Positions 1 to 9,865 of a DNA stretch of 64,000 nt are shown here, piece by piece. The notes under the pieces were generated by a model. It searched no databases, had not been told where the DNA came from, and worked only from the letters and a program-made list of their open reading frames with translations. The translations under genes and the position numbers were made by a program. Every line of letters starts with the position of its first letter. Positions within the stretch are counted from its first letter, which is position 1. The stretch lies in contig JBGAHS010000002.1 of the NCBI GenBank assembly GCA_044226015.1, positions 947,435 to 1,011,434 on the forward strand. The letters are read 5' to 3'. This stretch comes from Candidatus Obscuribacteraceae bacterium (GTDB taxonomy: Bacteria > Cyanobacteriota > Vampirovibrionia > Obscuribacterales > Obscuribacteraceae).

Positions 1-2
1 AA

Positions 3-3000
3 ATATTCGACACGAGAGCCCAAATCTATGGCGTCGAGACATCGCCAATGCACAAACCCATGCAGGGTTCAGCTGAGACCGTAAACAGCTCAACGTACAC
101 AGCAGGGCAAATAGTCAACACTGAAGGCAAGAGCTGGACAGTAAAGGGCTATAACAATGAAGATGGTCGCCTTGTGCTTGAGAGAAGAGATGAGAAAGCT
201 CTGAATGCTCAAGAAATGGCAAAATTAGCAGGTGCACAAGCGAAGGAAATAAACACGCTTGGCTCTAAGATTACACTCACAAATGAACAAGGCAAGCAGG
301 AAGATTGGACATTCGATGGCAAAACTGCGGATGGGAAATACAAACTCAGTCGAGCAGAAGAAAAGCACGTAAGTCCTCACGACCTTTCCGAATCAGTTCT
401 CGAAATGGCAGGTGGAAAGCGCAATCCTCACGTAGATTATCTGCAAAGCAATTGGAAACAGCTGGTCACTGACAATCCGAAGCTCTCCACACAACAGAAA
501 GAAAGCCTTGAGACATCTCGCCGTTTGCTAGAAGAAAACGCAAACAATGCGGGAGACTTCCGCAAAATTGTAGACGCAATCTCCAAGCTTGGGCAAAGCG
601 GTGCACCCGACGCTGGTGAACGCATAAATGCGCTTACAAAACTTGCTAATACGGCTGTCAATTATGCTGATGCTGTACATCTACCAATCGAACGCATCAT
701 AGCACCTGATACAAACTTGACTGCACTAAAACAAGTTGCTGAATCTTTTGCACAAAGCGCACCATTTGAGATGTCTGCCCCAACAATGATGGATGGCACA
801 CCGGCTAGAGATGGTGATGCATACGAACATGCGGCAAGTCAGGCGCTGCAAAAGGCTCTACAAGACCAGTACACACTTGACCGGTTAGTAAAAGAAGGCA
901 AATTTCCACCAGGAGAATGGGTCTTCGTTCCTTCATCAAAAGGCTCTGTCGCCGACGACATGAAGATAGATGGCATGCTTGTAGATTTGAAATCAGATAG
1001 AGCAATCTTCATCGACTTCGCACGGCAAGATGACAAAGGTGGCTACTCCAAACTTATCGACAAACTAGACCCGAGCAAATCTGGAAATACTTTCAGCGAT
1101 GGCTCACTCAAACATCCATATGCATTAACTCTCGACCACAGCAGCATTGGGTTCAACCCGACGACTGGTGAGAATAGCGGAAAGGTCAGTGCAACGAAAG
1201 TTCTTGAAAGAGTAGGCGCATTCATGCGTGGCACGCAGCTTAGCGAGCTCGGCATCAGACAGGTGCAACAAGGTCCGGCAAAAGAGTTCAGCATCTCACG
1301 CCTGAAATCAGCTTTGGGCGGAAGATTTTTCAATTTTGCACCAGTGAATGGCGAAACGGAAGCAGCCGTAATTTCACGAGAAACTGGCACAAAAACTCTG
1401 GCAAGACAGACTGAACTTGAAGACATTGCGAAGAGATCGAAATCGAATCCCGAGCTTCGCTTTTTCGGTAATGCTGCCAGTTCAGCTGTTCAAATTGCTG
1501 ATGAACCTGCGCATGGAGTCGATTTTTTTGCAAATGGCTTGCGCGCTGCTGTAGAAATGGACAAACAGGGACTAAGAGACACTGTGTTTCCTACAGACAA
1601 ACCGATGACGACAAGCATATCAGTTGGCAACGACACAGAGGGTCCTACTCGCTATAAGAACCAGCCATTCATCAAAATTGTTGCTGATGATAGAACAAAA
1701 TCAGAATACAGAATCTACCAAAACGGCGATGTTCTGGTTAAAGCAAATGGTGGCAGAGACTTTCATCCAATTGGAAGCCTGGACAGCCTTAGCCAGAAAT
1801 TGGGTCAGGCTCTAAGACAAGCCGACATGGACAACGCAGACTTTGCTCCGAAGTTGAAAGAGTTGCGGCAGCTGAAAGGACGTGCTTTCCAAACCGCCAT
1901 GAACGACATCGAAGCTTTAGGCAAAAAGGAAATTTCCGCTCAAGAGTTCTATAAGCGTCAGCCTGGATTGAAACTGCTTGCAGAGGGTCTCGAACACGGT
2001 TCTGAGGTTCAGCGAAGCGCCCAGGAATCAGGGCAAAAACTAGAGCTTAGATCGCAAATTGATAAGGACGAAAAACTCGCATCACTTTCTGAAGCAGCTC
2101 GAAATGAAATAGCTGCTAAATATTTACAGCTCAAAGCACAAGGAAGAACTGATTTAAGTTTCAGAGAAATTGCTAGAGTAATCTCACTTGAAAAAGCAGG
2201 AATGAAGATTCCAGATGCAGTCGACGCAACACGTTTCCAGGCTAAGCTCGGGCCGGCTGCAGAAGCATGGACAGCAGAAGAGATAAAAACAAACTTTGAG
2301 AGCGCGAAAAAAGCGCAAGAGACCGACTACCGATCTGTAAATGAATTGACCGAAGTATTCAAATTACAGCAGCTCCAAAAGCAATTCAGCGCCACTCCTT
2401 CTGAGGCGCGCCTGTATTCGAATCTGATAAAAGAGGTTCCTACAGCTTCCAACTCGGAACTCATCGAAATGAAGCGAATGTATGATGCGATGAAAGCTAA
2501 CGAAGTGAGAGGCACAAACGCTGAACTCACCGCAAACACATTTAAGAAGTTCGGCGCCATGAGCAATGAAGCCATAGCAGAATGGGGCAAACTCACCAGC
2601 AGCCTGAAGAAGTTGCCCAGCGATCAGCTGGCAACAATGGCAGTCAACAATCTAAAAGCGCAAGCCCTTTTCGGTGTTGACGCAAGCAAAGCTGCCGAGA
2701 TTAATAAAGCAGCAAGCGATCTCGCAAAAACCGGCACAGCACCTGAGCTTGCGCACGAAGTTGCTGCCTTGCAAGTGCTGAAGAATATTAAAGGCGCTGA
2801 TGCGTTAGACCAAGCAAGATTGATATCGGAAATGCGCTCAAGATCAAGCGGAAATACGAGCTACGATAATCTGCTGGCTAGCAGCCGAGTTCTTCAGAGT
2901 GTTCGCGCTCTGGCGCCAGAGTCAATTCGTGCCGAGATGGAAACATTGATAGCCGAATCAATCAAGAAAAACGGCGCTGACCTAGCGGCACTCAAGACGA

Positions 3001-4274
3001 ACATCAGCGAAGAACTGTTCAATCGAGGAACATCGCAAGGCGCAAATGAAGCAGATTGGGCAAAACTTTTTGATCATGTCGATAGTACTAAATCAGTCGA
3101 TGAATTCGCCAAATTGCTCAACCTCCCTGGCGAGCAAGCAGAACGCGCAGCCGCCCTGGATGCATACAGACGTTCATACATTCCAGATAGCGGCGACAAC
3201 GCGCCTGCGACTCCTTCCGCTGTGAGCGCAAGCGATTTAGAAGCAAGACTAAAAGGCAACCAAACCTATGAAAGATTAACTGATGCAAGTCGCATGACAG
3301 ATGGACTCAAGCAGCTGACAGACAGAGCCTTACAGAGAATGCCAGAAGCTAACAATGAGAAAGCCGAATTCTTGAACAAACAGCTGAAGGCAGCCTTACG
3401 CAAGCAGCTCGGTGTGAGCACTGACGCAGAGCTTCCCGAGTCCATTCGGAATATGAAAATTAAGATCACAGACTCAAACGACAAAGCACCAAAGCTGGTG
3501 CAAGCCGCTGCGGGTGACCCTGCCACCATCGAGATACCTGCTTCTCTACTGAAAGACAACCCCAAAGGAGCACTCGTAGATGCCTATACCCATGCATCTG
3601 GACTTGGAATAATCGACGCGCTCCATCAGAAAGGTAATGAGGCTGTCGGCATACAAGCATTGAAACCAGTTCTTCAAAAAATTGCATCACAAGCAGAATT
3701 AATTGTCGGAGCACGCTCACTGGCTTTGACGGCAGATAAGCCGGCAGTCCCTGTGAATACAGAAGCGGCTGCTTCAGAACGCCCAATTCGCATTCCACAG
3801 AATCAAACCCTGGTGAGCAGCTGGGACGGAGAGAATCTCGTTTTTGGCGGCGAAAAATTCCAACTTGGCAAAGAGATTCAAGGTCTGGAAAAGGAACGCG
3901 AAAGCAGGGTGAAAGCCCTCGAACAAGAACTGAAAAAAGCGCAAGAACTTGCAGAGCAATCAAAGGCAGAATCAGACATCGCGAAAGCCAAAGAATTAGA
4001 AACCAGACTTGCAGCTGAACAGCAAGATTACAGAGTAGTATCAGAGCTAAGAGCAGCAATGGAAGGTCAAAGAGGTGCAAACGCCCAAGAGCGGGCACGC
4101 AGCTATGTAAAAGCTGCAACAGAAAAGGCAATACAAGATCGTATGAGCAATCGTGGTGGCGGAGCAGTATTCAGCAGGGCCAATGCTGCAGCCCTCGTTA
4201 TCACCACTCTTGCATTCATGTACGTAAACAGCGCCCCAGCACAAGCCGAGACCTACACAAGTTCATTCCGCTAA
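3..4274 (+). CDS. Large hypothetical protein (over 1400 aa, probably 5'-truncated by the window edge); helical/coiled-coil, C-terminal hydrophobic segment
   Basis: ORF 48..4274; frame stays open upstream to base 3 (IFDTRAQIYGVETSP). Coiled-coil stretch EKERESRVKALEQELKKAQELAEQ and hydrophobic tail AAALVITTLAFMYV. Confidence 0.85.
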   Translation: MFDTRAQIYGVETSPMHKPMQGSAETVNSSTYTAGQIVNTEGKSWTVKGYNNEDGRLVLERRDEKALNAQEMAKLAGAQAKEINTLGSKITLTNEQGKQEDWTFDGKTADGKYKLSRAEEKHVSPHDLSESVLEMAGGKRNPHVDYLQSNWKQLVTDNPKLSTQQKESLETSRRLLEENANNAGDFRKIVDAISKLGQSGAPDAGERINALTKLANTAVNYADAVHLPIERIIAPDTNLTALKQVAESFAQSAPFEMSAPTMMDGTPARDGDAYEHAASQALQKALQDQYTLDRLVKEGKFPPGEWVFVPSSKGSVADDMKIDGMLVDLKSDRAIFIDFARQDDKGGYSKLIDKLDPSKSGNTFSDGSLKHPYALTLDHSSIGFNPTTGENSGKVSATKVLERVGAFMRGTQLSELGIRQVQQGPAKEFSISRLKSALGGRFFNFAPVNGETEAAVISRETGTKTLARQTELEDIAKRSKSNPELRFFGNAASSAVQIADEPAHGVDFFANGLRAAVEMDKQGLRDTVFPTDKPMTTSISVGNDTEGPTRYKNQPFIKIVADDRTKSEYRIYQNGDVLVKANGGRDFHPIGSLDSLSQKLGQALRQADMDNADFAPKLKELRQLKGRAFQTAMNDIEALGKKEISAQEFYKRQPGLKLLAEGLEHGSEVQRSAQESGQKLELRSQIDKDEKLASLSEAARNEIAAKYLQLKAQGRTDLSFREIARVISLEKAGMKIPDAVDATRFQAKLGPAAEAWTAEEIKTNFESAKKAQETDYRSVNELTEVFKLQQLQKQFSATPSEARLYSNLIKEVPTASNSELIEMKRMYDAMKANEVRGTNAELTANTFKKFGAMSNEAIAEWGKLTSSLKKLPSDQLATMAVNNLKAQALFGVDASKAAEINKAASDLAKTGTAPELAHEVAALQVLKNIKGADALDQARLISEMRSRSSGNTSYDNLLASSRVLQSVRALAPESIRAEMETLIAESIKKNGADLAALKTNISEELFNRGTSQGANEADWAKLFDHVDSTKSVDEFAKLLNLPGEQAERAAALDAYRRSYIPDSGDNAPATPSAVSASDLEARLKGNQTYERLTDASRMTDGLKQLTDRALQRMPEANNEKAEFLNKQLKAALRKQLGVSTDAELPESIRNMKIKITDSNDKAPKLVQAAAGDPATIEIPASLLKDNPKGALVDAYTHASGLGIIDALHQKGNEAVGIQALKPVLQKIASQAELIVGARSLALTADKPAVPVNTEAAASERPIRIPQNQTLVSSWDGENLVFGGEKFQLGKEIQGLEKERESRVKALEQELKKAQELAEQSKAESDIAKAKELETRLAAEQQDYRVVSELRAAMEGQRGANAQERARSYVKAATEKAIQDRMSNRGGGAVFSRANAAALVITTLAFMYVNSAPAQAETYTSSFR

Positions 4275-4582
4275 AGAGCCCAAGCTGATGTCGACGAATA
4301 ACTCAGAGCAATTGTCGCAGTTTGACGTGTGGTTATTCCCAAGCACATTGAAATTGAAGGTATTGCCCTAATGATGAATTTGGTATAACCTGCAATAAAG
4401 TTCACCACATGTGCAGCTGCGTTTGTTTTTGCGTAAGTCAGAAGCACAAATTGCACTGCAAAAAAAAATAATCGCTTGTTGAGATTCCCAATCTAACAGC
4501 GCACTATTTGTCGCTCGTAAGAGCGCAGCTTCTCTTCTCTGAGAGGCAGCCTTGTCTTGGCTTCATCAGGGGTAATACACAA

Positions 4583-7534
4583 ATGAAACTATCAGAACCT
4601 ACTGGCACGGAAGAGTGCCAGAGCAACAGCAGTGAGCAAGATCTCGCATCTATTGCCGCGGACTTGAGAAAAATTGAGGGATTTGACAGCGGCAGCAAAT
4701 CGTTTTTGCGAGAGCCTACTCTCTACTTTTCGATCCTCGGAATATTCGCAGTTTGTGCTGCAACACTGCTAAATTCGCCTACCACATTTTGGATAACGTT
4801 TTGCGCTTCATCTGCATTCATGGTCATTTTGCACATAGTTGCAGAGCGATATTTGTTCAAAGCTAAACCAGAGAATCTTATCTATGATGCACCCTATGAG
4901 GGCTCGTTCGTTGCAATCTTTGGCTCAATACTGCCGGGCATCAGCTTTATTACATATTCCATTTTTGCACTCGTCAGTTCAGCGCGAACTAACATTCCTT
5001 TAGAACTGTGCAAAATAGCACTTCTTCTTGCCGTACCATTTTGCAATTTTGTTGTTTGGAAAACCATTCGCAAGCGCTACATAAAAAAGCCGCGACTCAT
5101 TGGAATGATGAATGGAGTAGCTGTCGGTCTATCAGCGACTTGGACAATAATTCTCTTCAAAGTACTTTCAACCCCTGCAGCCGCAGCGGGATGCAAATTC
5201 GGCTGGATGTTTCTGTTGAGCACTTCGCCTTTCTTACTCATATCAGCACTGATGTTGCTAGTAGATCTTCATCTGAAAACCGAGAAACACATTGCTCGCA
5301 TCACGGCTGCTTTCGCTTCAATAGGATTCGTCTTGTCGTCGCTGATTGCATTTACACCAGCCATTCACACGATGCTGACCGAATCAACAATAAGCGAGGC
5401 TCGAAATGCAAGTTCGCAAAATAGAGCTGAAGCAGTCAGCAAGTTAAGCGCAATTGCAAGTGAAGATGATATTCGCCCATCAGAGAATTCGATTGATGGC
5501 TTCAGTCTTTCCTCCTTGCTAATTGGAAAAGAAGGGCTGGAACGCAATCAAGATCAAGATATGGAAATATATTTCAGACTAACAGGAAAGCCTTTTCATC
5601 AGAAAGGACAGAAACCGTACAGCCCCTCAACGTGGCACCCTGAGGATGATAGACGAACAACCATTTTCATAGGCGATAAAGCATACGGATTAGCCATGAG
5701 CAAATCGCAGATGACTGGTTTTCTGGACGCAGCATCGCTGACTGGAAGCCTAGACTGGACTATCAGCCTCTATAATTCGAATAACGCAGATGCAGATGGA
5801 AGAGCAGAAATAGTACTACCTCAAGGTTCTGTTATTTCAGGCGTTTCGTTATGGGTGAACAATCACCAACAAAGCATCAATCTCGTACCTACCGAAATAC
5901 AAAATGCCACAATGCATGTTCCCACAATATTGAGTAATACAGCAGGCGGAAAGATCATTCTCAAACACATCCCCGTAACCGCAAACGGTGGCGAATCACG
6001 GGTTAGCCTCCACATCACAATACCCCTTAGCTCTTGCAACAATCTGGCGCAGGCATCACTACCGAAAATTGCCGCGAGCAATTTCTCTCAGACCAAGCGC
6101 ATGCATCTCAGCCTCAGAGCATCCAGCGAGTTCGTGCGTACAAGAACTTCCAAGACCAGGAAAACCAACAAGACCTACTTCTTTGAAGATTTACTGAAAG
6201 ACGAAATGCTCGAAAAAACAGCTGACTATCCCATCGCAGTGAAAATTACCGCGCCGTTTCAAGCTCTAGCATACAAAGACGAAAATGCAGACAAGCAGTA
6301 CATCATTGAAAGATCGCAAACAACAAAACAGATCGGGCCAGATCAATTAGCGATAGTCATAGATCCCTCCGCAAGCATGAAACAGGTTGCCGAAGAAATT
6401 AAGAAATGCATTCTAACCCTACCTCAGAAATTGCATGCAGTGGTTTACTTTGCGAGGACACAAGAGATTGCAAGCCACGAGAAAATAAAGTACCTGCCCC
6501 TAAAGACTGCCGCGAATGAAATCAATTCCGAGCTATTTGAAGGAGGCAACGACAACAGTGCAGTATTGCGAACCGCAATCGAAAACACAGCAGAGAAGCC
6601 AAACTCAGTTGTTCTGTGGATTCACGGACCGCAGCCAGTACTATTCAGCGAAATAGAAAACACTCCTATGGACTTAATTTACCCAGTAAAGTTAGTTGAT
6701 CTTGCCATCCAGGAAGGACCCGATAAGGTCACGCCAGCGCTGCGACTTGGCTCCACTGATATAAACAAATCATGCGCATACAGTAAATTAGATCGAAGCG
6801 GAAGCCTGGAGAACGACCTTAACGCACTAATCAAAGATTGGACTGTAGAAAAAACTGTCACAAAGCTGGTACGCGTAGCATCTCAATCACCGGAGTCAGC
6901 AACTCTAGTCGACGCTCCTGAAACCGCGCAGCAAGTAGCCACACTCTGGGCAGAATCGCAATATCGATACTTGCTCGAATCGGGAAGAACCACTCAAGCC
7001 ATAGCACTAGCGAGGCATTATGAGATCCTCACACCAGACACTGAGTACATCCTATCTCTGAAAAGTGCTCAGCAACTTCATCCAAGATCCTACAAGCCCG
7101 AAGTAAGCGAAGAAAAAATCAGCTACGTGGGCAACGCTGTGATTAAAACAAAAGCTATTCAGAAACCAGTAGTGATTGCTGGCGAGAAAGATCAGCTTGA
7201 AGCTGTTGAAACTGTGACACCTCCCCAATCTTCAACGCCGGGTCCAGGGCTAATAGGAATGCCAGTTGACCCACGCTACGGACAGTCTAACGAAGTAGGC
7301 TCACTAGCAGACTACGGTTATGACACTGCCAGAGATATGTCACGCGCCATCACCTTGATTGTAACCGTCATCAACTCACTGTTTTGCCTGAAGAACGCCT
7401 ACTTGTCTATCAAACGAAACGACAAACCAGGCCTTGGTAAATCCATAGCTCTATTTATCATAGTTCCAACGGTTGTCCATCTTTTCGGAACCTTCTTAAT
7501 CAACAATTTTGGTGGTCTCGGTGGTGGGCTCTAA
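4583..7534 (+). CDS. Polytopic membrane protein with VIT-like and vWA-like domains
   Basis: About 7 N-terminal TM segments; VIT-like segment LDWTISLYN..GRAEIVLPQGSVISGVSLWVN; MIDAS-like AIVIDPSAS; two C-terminal TM helices. Start moved to ATG 4583 (AGGGG upstream). Confidence 0.7.
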   Translation: MKLSEPTGTEECQSNSSEQDLASIAADLRKIEGFDSGSKSFLREPTLYFSILGIFAVCAATLLNSPTTFWITFCASSAFMVILHIVAERYLFKAKPENLIYDAPYEGSFVAIFGSILPGISFITYSIFALVSSARTNIPLELCKIALLLAVPFCNFVVWKTIRKRYIKKPRLIGMMNGVAVGLSATWTIILFKVLSTPAAAAGCKFGWMFLLSTSPFLLISALMLLVDLHLKTEKHIARITAAFASIGFVLSSLIAFTPAIHTMLTESTISEARNASSQNRAEAVSKLSAIASEDDIRPSENSIDGFSLSSLLIGKEGLERNQDQDMEIYFRLTGKPFHQKGQKPYSPSTWHPEDDRRTTIFIGDKAYGLAMSKSQMTGFLDAASLTGSLDWTISLYNSNNADADGRAEIVLPQGSVISGVSLWVNNHQQSINLVPTEIQNATMHVPTILSNTAGGKIILKHIPVTANGGESRVSLHITIPLSSCNNLAQASLPKIAASNFSQTKRMHLSLRASSEFVRTRTSKTRKTNKTYFFEDLLKDEMLEKTADYPIAVKITAPFQALAYKDENADKQYIIERSQTTKQIGPDQLAIVIDPSASMKQVAEEIKKCILTLPQKLHAVVYFARTQEIASHEKIKYLPLKTAANEINSELFEGGNDNSAVLRTAIENTAEKPNSVVLWIHGPQPVLFSEIENTPMDLIYPVKLVDLAIQEGPDKVTPALRLGSTDINKSCAYSKLDRSGSLENDLNALIKDWTVEKTVTKLVRVASQSPESATLVDAPETAQQVATLWAESQYRYLLESGRTTQAIALARHYEILTPDTEYILSLKSAQQLHPRSYKPEVSEEKISYVGNAVIKTKAIQKPVVIAGEKDQLEAVETVTPPQSSTPGPGLIGMPVDPRYGQSNEVGSLADYGYDTARDMSRAITLIVTVINSLFCLKNAYLSIKRNDKPGLGKSIALFIIVPTVVHLFGTFLINNFGGLGGGL

Positions 7535-7548
7535 CACGTGTGGCCGAT

Positions 7549-7608
7549 ACGATCAGGATCCATCTGGCACGATAATACTCCACCTGGCACGATCAGGATC
7601 CGCCTAAC
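7549..7608. repeat. Three imperfect 20-bp tandem repeats
   Basis: acgatcaggatccatctggc / acgataatactccacctggc / acgatcaggatccgcctaac. Confidence 0.75.
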
Positions 7609-7613
7609 AAATC

Positions 7614-7646
7614 AACACCTCTGGAGCGCCTTCTTCAGAGGTGTTT
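7614..7646 (+). terminator. Probable intrinsic terminator hairpin
   Basis: aacacctctg...cagaggtgtt inverted repeat downstream of the VIT gene. Confidence 0.6.
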
Positions 7647-7660
7647 CAATCTTTGAGAAT

Positions 7661-7705
7661 GATGTCCGAAAATGGCGAGTCTTCATCTACTGATGCTGAT
7701 AGACT
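7661..7705 (+). promoter_or_regulatory. Candidate Ada-AlkA activator site plus -10 element
   Basis: gatgtccgaaaatggcgag (7661-7679) lies about 20 bp before a TAGACT -10-like hexamer (7700-7705), upstream of ogt/ada-alkA. Confidence 0.35.
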
Positions 7706-7853
7706 TTATTTCATCAAGGACGCGAGTAACTAAAAGAACAATACTGAAATCAGCAATAGACCAAGTCAACGAGCAAACTAACAGCGACAAGATTTGAGTC
7801 GCTTAAGGGTTCTCTTTGCTGGCTACCGCTATACTGTTTTGAAGGAATCAAAA

Positions 7854-8369
7854 ATGCTTACAATGACAAAACAATCTGTACACAAGAAAATAAAATCACC
7901 TAGTGGAATGCTCACGCTTATATCCAACGGCTCTGCACTCGCTGCTATTCTCTGGGAAAATGATAGTCCCGATAGAGTCAGAATTGAGAAAGGAGAGCAA
8001 AGTGAAACTGACCCTATACTAATTGAAGCGGAAAAACAGTTGCTCGAATACTACGCCGGTCGCCGTACTAGTTTTGACTTGCCCTTAGACTTCCAGGGTA
8101 GTGACTTCCAAAAGTCGGTATGGAAGGCTCTGTTGGCTATTCCCTATGGCGAAACCAAAACCTACAAACAGATCGCATCAGAGCTTGGCAAAGAGCAAGC
8201 AGTAAGAGCAGTTGGAACGGCTATCGGCAAAAATCCTCTCTCGATAGTTGCCCCGTGCCACCGCGTCATCGGCTCTGATGGTGAATTAAGAGGCTTTGCT
8301 GGCGGGCTTGAAACAAAAGCACAATTGCTAAAGCTTGAATCGAATACTTCGCTGCAATCGGTGCTATGA
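7854..8369 (+). CDS. ogt: Methylated-DNA--protein-cysteine S-methyltransferase
   Basis: Active-site PCHRV; FQKSVWKALLAIPYGET; RAVGTAIGKNP. Start moved to ATG 7854 after GAAGGA. Confidence 0.95.
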   Translation: MLTMTKQSVHKKIKSPSGMLTLISNGSALAAILWENDSPDRVRIEKGEQSETDPILIEAEKQLLEYYAGRRTSFDLPLDFQGSDFQKSVWKALLAIPYGETKTYKQIASELGKEQAVRAVGTAIGKNPLSIVAPCHRVIGSDGELRGFAGGLETKAQLLKLESNTSLQSVL

Positions 8370-9865
8370 AAATGAACTTGAGCTCAGACCTCTGCTACCA
8401 GGCGCTACTAACTCGAGACAGACGATTCGATGGATTGTTCTTCGTAGCTGTTAGCTCCACAAAAATCTACTGCAGACCGATTTGCACTGTTAAGGCCCCG
8501 CAGCAAAAGAATTGCTCATTTTATGACAATGCAGCGAGTTGCGAACGCGCAGGTTTTCGCCCTTGCTTAAAATGTCGCCCTGAATTAGCCCCAGGAAATT
8601 CCATTGTAGATTCACGAAGCAGACTAATCACTGATGCCCTGAGCCGCATCGAAGACAATGCTCTTGCTGCAGATTCACTCGAAGAACTTGCGAACGAACT
8701 TGGTGTCAGCAGTCGCCATTTGCGGAGGGTGTTTGAGTCTGAAATTGGAGTTTCGCCAGTTGAGTACATCCAAACCCAACGCCTGTTAGCCGCGAAGAGA
8801 TTGCTCACCGACACAAGTATGCCTGTAACTCAAATTGCGCTGGCTAGTGGCTTTGGAAGCGTCAGGCGCTTCAATGCACTGTTTCAAGAAAGATATCGCT
8901 TAAGCCCGAGCGAACTCAGAAAGTCTCGTTCTGACGAGTTGGGAGGACCATCTGATACTTTCACATGCTCTTTAAGTTATCGCCCACCATATGATTGGGA
9001 ATCTATGCTGTCCTTCCTTCGGCTACGGGCCTGCCCAGGAATCGAAAGCGTCACGGAGAAGGCATACTCCAGAACCGTGTCGATAGATGAAATAGATGGC
9101 TGGTTAAGTGTAGAACAATCCCAAAAATCACCAAACTTGATAGTGACTCTCTCCTCATCACTGGCACCAAAGTTTCTGCAAATAGTTAACAGGCTTAATC
9201 GCCTTTTTGACCTTCAAGCAAAACCAGACCTGATAGAGACACAACTCGGAAAACTGGCAAGCGACTTTCCGGGATTGCGCGTTCCTGGTGCATTTGACCC
9301 CTTTGAAGTCTCAATCAGAGGAATACTCGGGCAACAAGTGAGTGTCAAAGCTGCTACAAATCTGGCGGGCAGATTGGCAAACAAATATGGAGCTAAGATT
9401 GACACACCAATTGACGAACTCAAGCTCTTAAGTCCAACAGCAGAGAAGCTCAGCAAAGCCACCACAGAGGGTATCAGTGAGCTTGGCATAATTTCAACAC
9501 GCGCAAACACTATCATCAATTTCGCAAAAGCGTATGCAAAGGGAGAACTGAAGCTCTACCCGGGAGCCGACTACGACGCAACCGTGAAGACACTAGCCTC
9601 ACTGCCAGGCATCGGAGAATGGACTGCTGACTATATTGCTATGCGCTGCCTGGCATGGCCCGACGCATTTCCACATGGGGATCTTGGTATCAAGAAAGCG
9701 CTAAATAATAACAGCAAGAAAGAAATTCTCGCCCTGGCAGAAGCTTACCGCCCCTGGAGAGCCTACGCAGCGATGCACCTCTGGAAATCACTGGATAAGC
9801 TCGCCCCAAAGTCCAAGGCAAAGACACAGACAAAGGCGAAGTCCAAGAAAATATTGCCTTCCTAG
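8366..9865 (+). CDS. alkA: Bifunctional Ada-type transcriptional regulator / DNA-3-methyladenine glycosylase II (AdaA-AlkA fusion)
   Basis: Ada Zn site YCRPIC...RPCLKC, AraC-type HTH (SGFGSVRRFN), AlkA N-domain, HhH LPGIGEWTADY, YRPWRAYA; ATGA overlap with ogt. Confidence 0.93.
   Translation: MKMNLSSDLCYQALLTRDRRFDGLFFVAVSSTKIYCRPICTVKAPQQKNCSFYDNAASCERAGFRPCLKCRPELAPGNSIVDSRSRLITDALSRIEDNALAADSLEELANELGVSSRHLRRVFESEIGVSPVEYIQTQRLLAAKRLLTDTSMPVTQIALASGFGSVRRFNALFQERYRLSPSELRKSRSDELGGPSDTFTCSLSYRPPYDWESMLSFLRLRACPGIESVTEKAYSRTVSIDEIDGWLSVEQSQKSPNLIVTLSSSLAPKFLQIVNRLNRLFDLQAKPDLIETQLGKLASDFPGLRVPGAFDPFEVSIRGILGQQVSVKAATNLAGRLANKYGAKIDTPIDELKLLSPTAEKLSKATTEGISELGIISTRANTIINFAKAYAKGELKLYPGADYDATVKTLASLPGIGEWTADYIAMRCLAWPDAFPHGDLGIKKALNNNSKKEILALAEAYRPWRAYAAMHLWKSLDKLAPKSKAKTQTKAKSKKILPS

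Noticed and set aside
3466..4131. 221-aa minus-strand ORF (and similar ones at 24157-24777, 27395-28012, 36729-37325, 40385-41005)
   Set aside because: Antisense to well-supported genes and without motifs
7549..7608. Mini-CRISPR interpretation of the 20-bp repeats
   Set aside because: Period too short and no spacers
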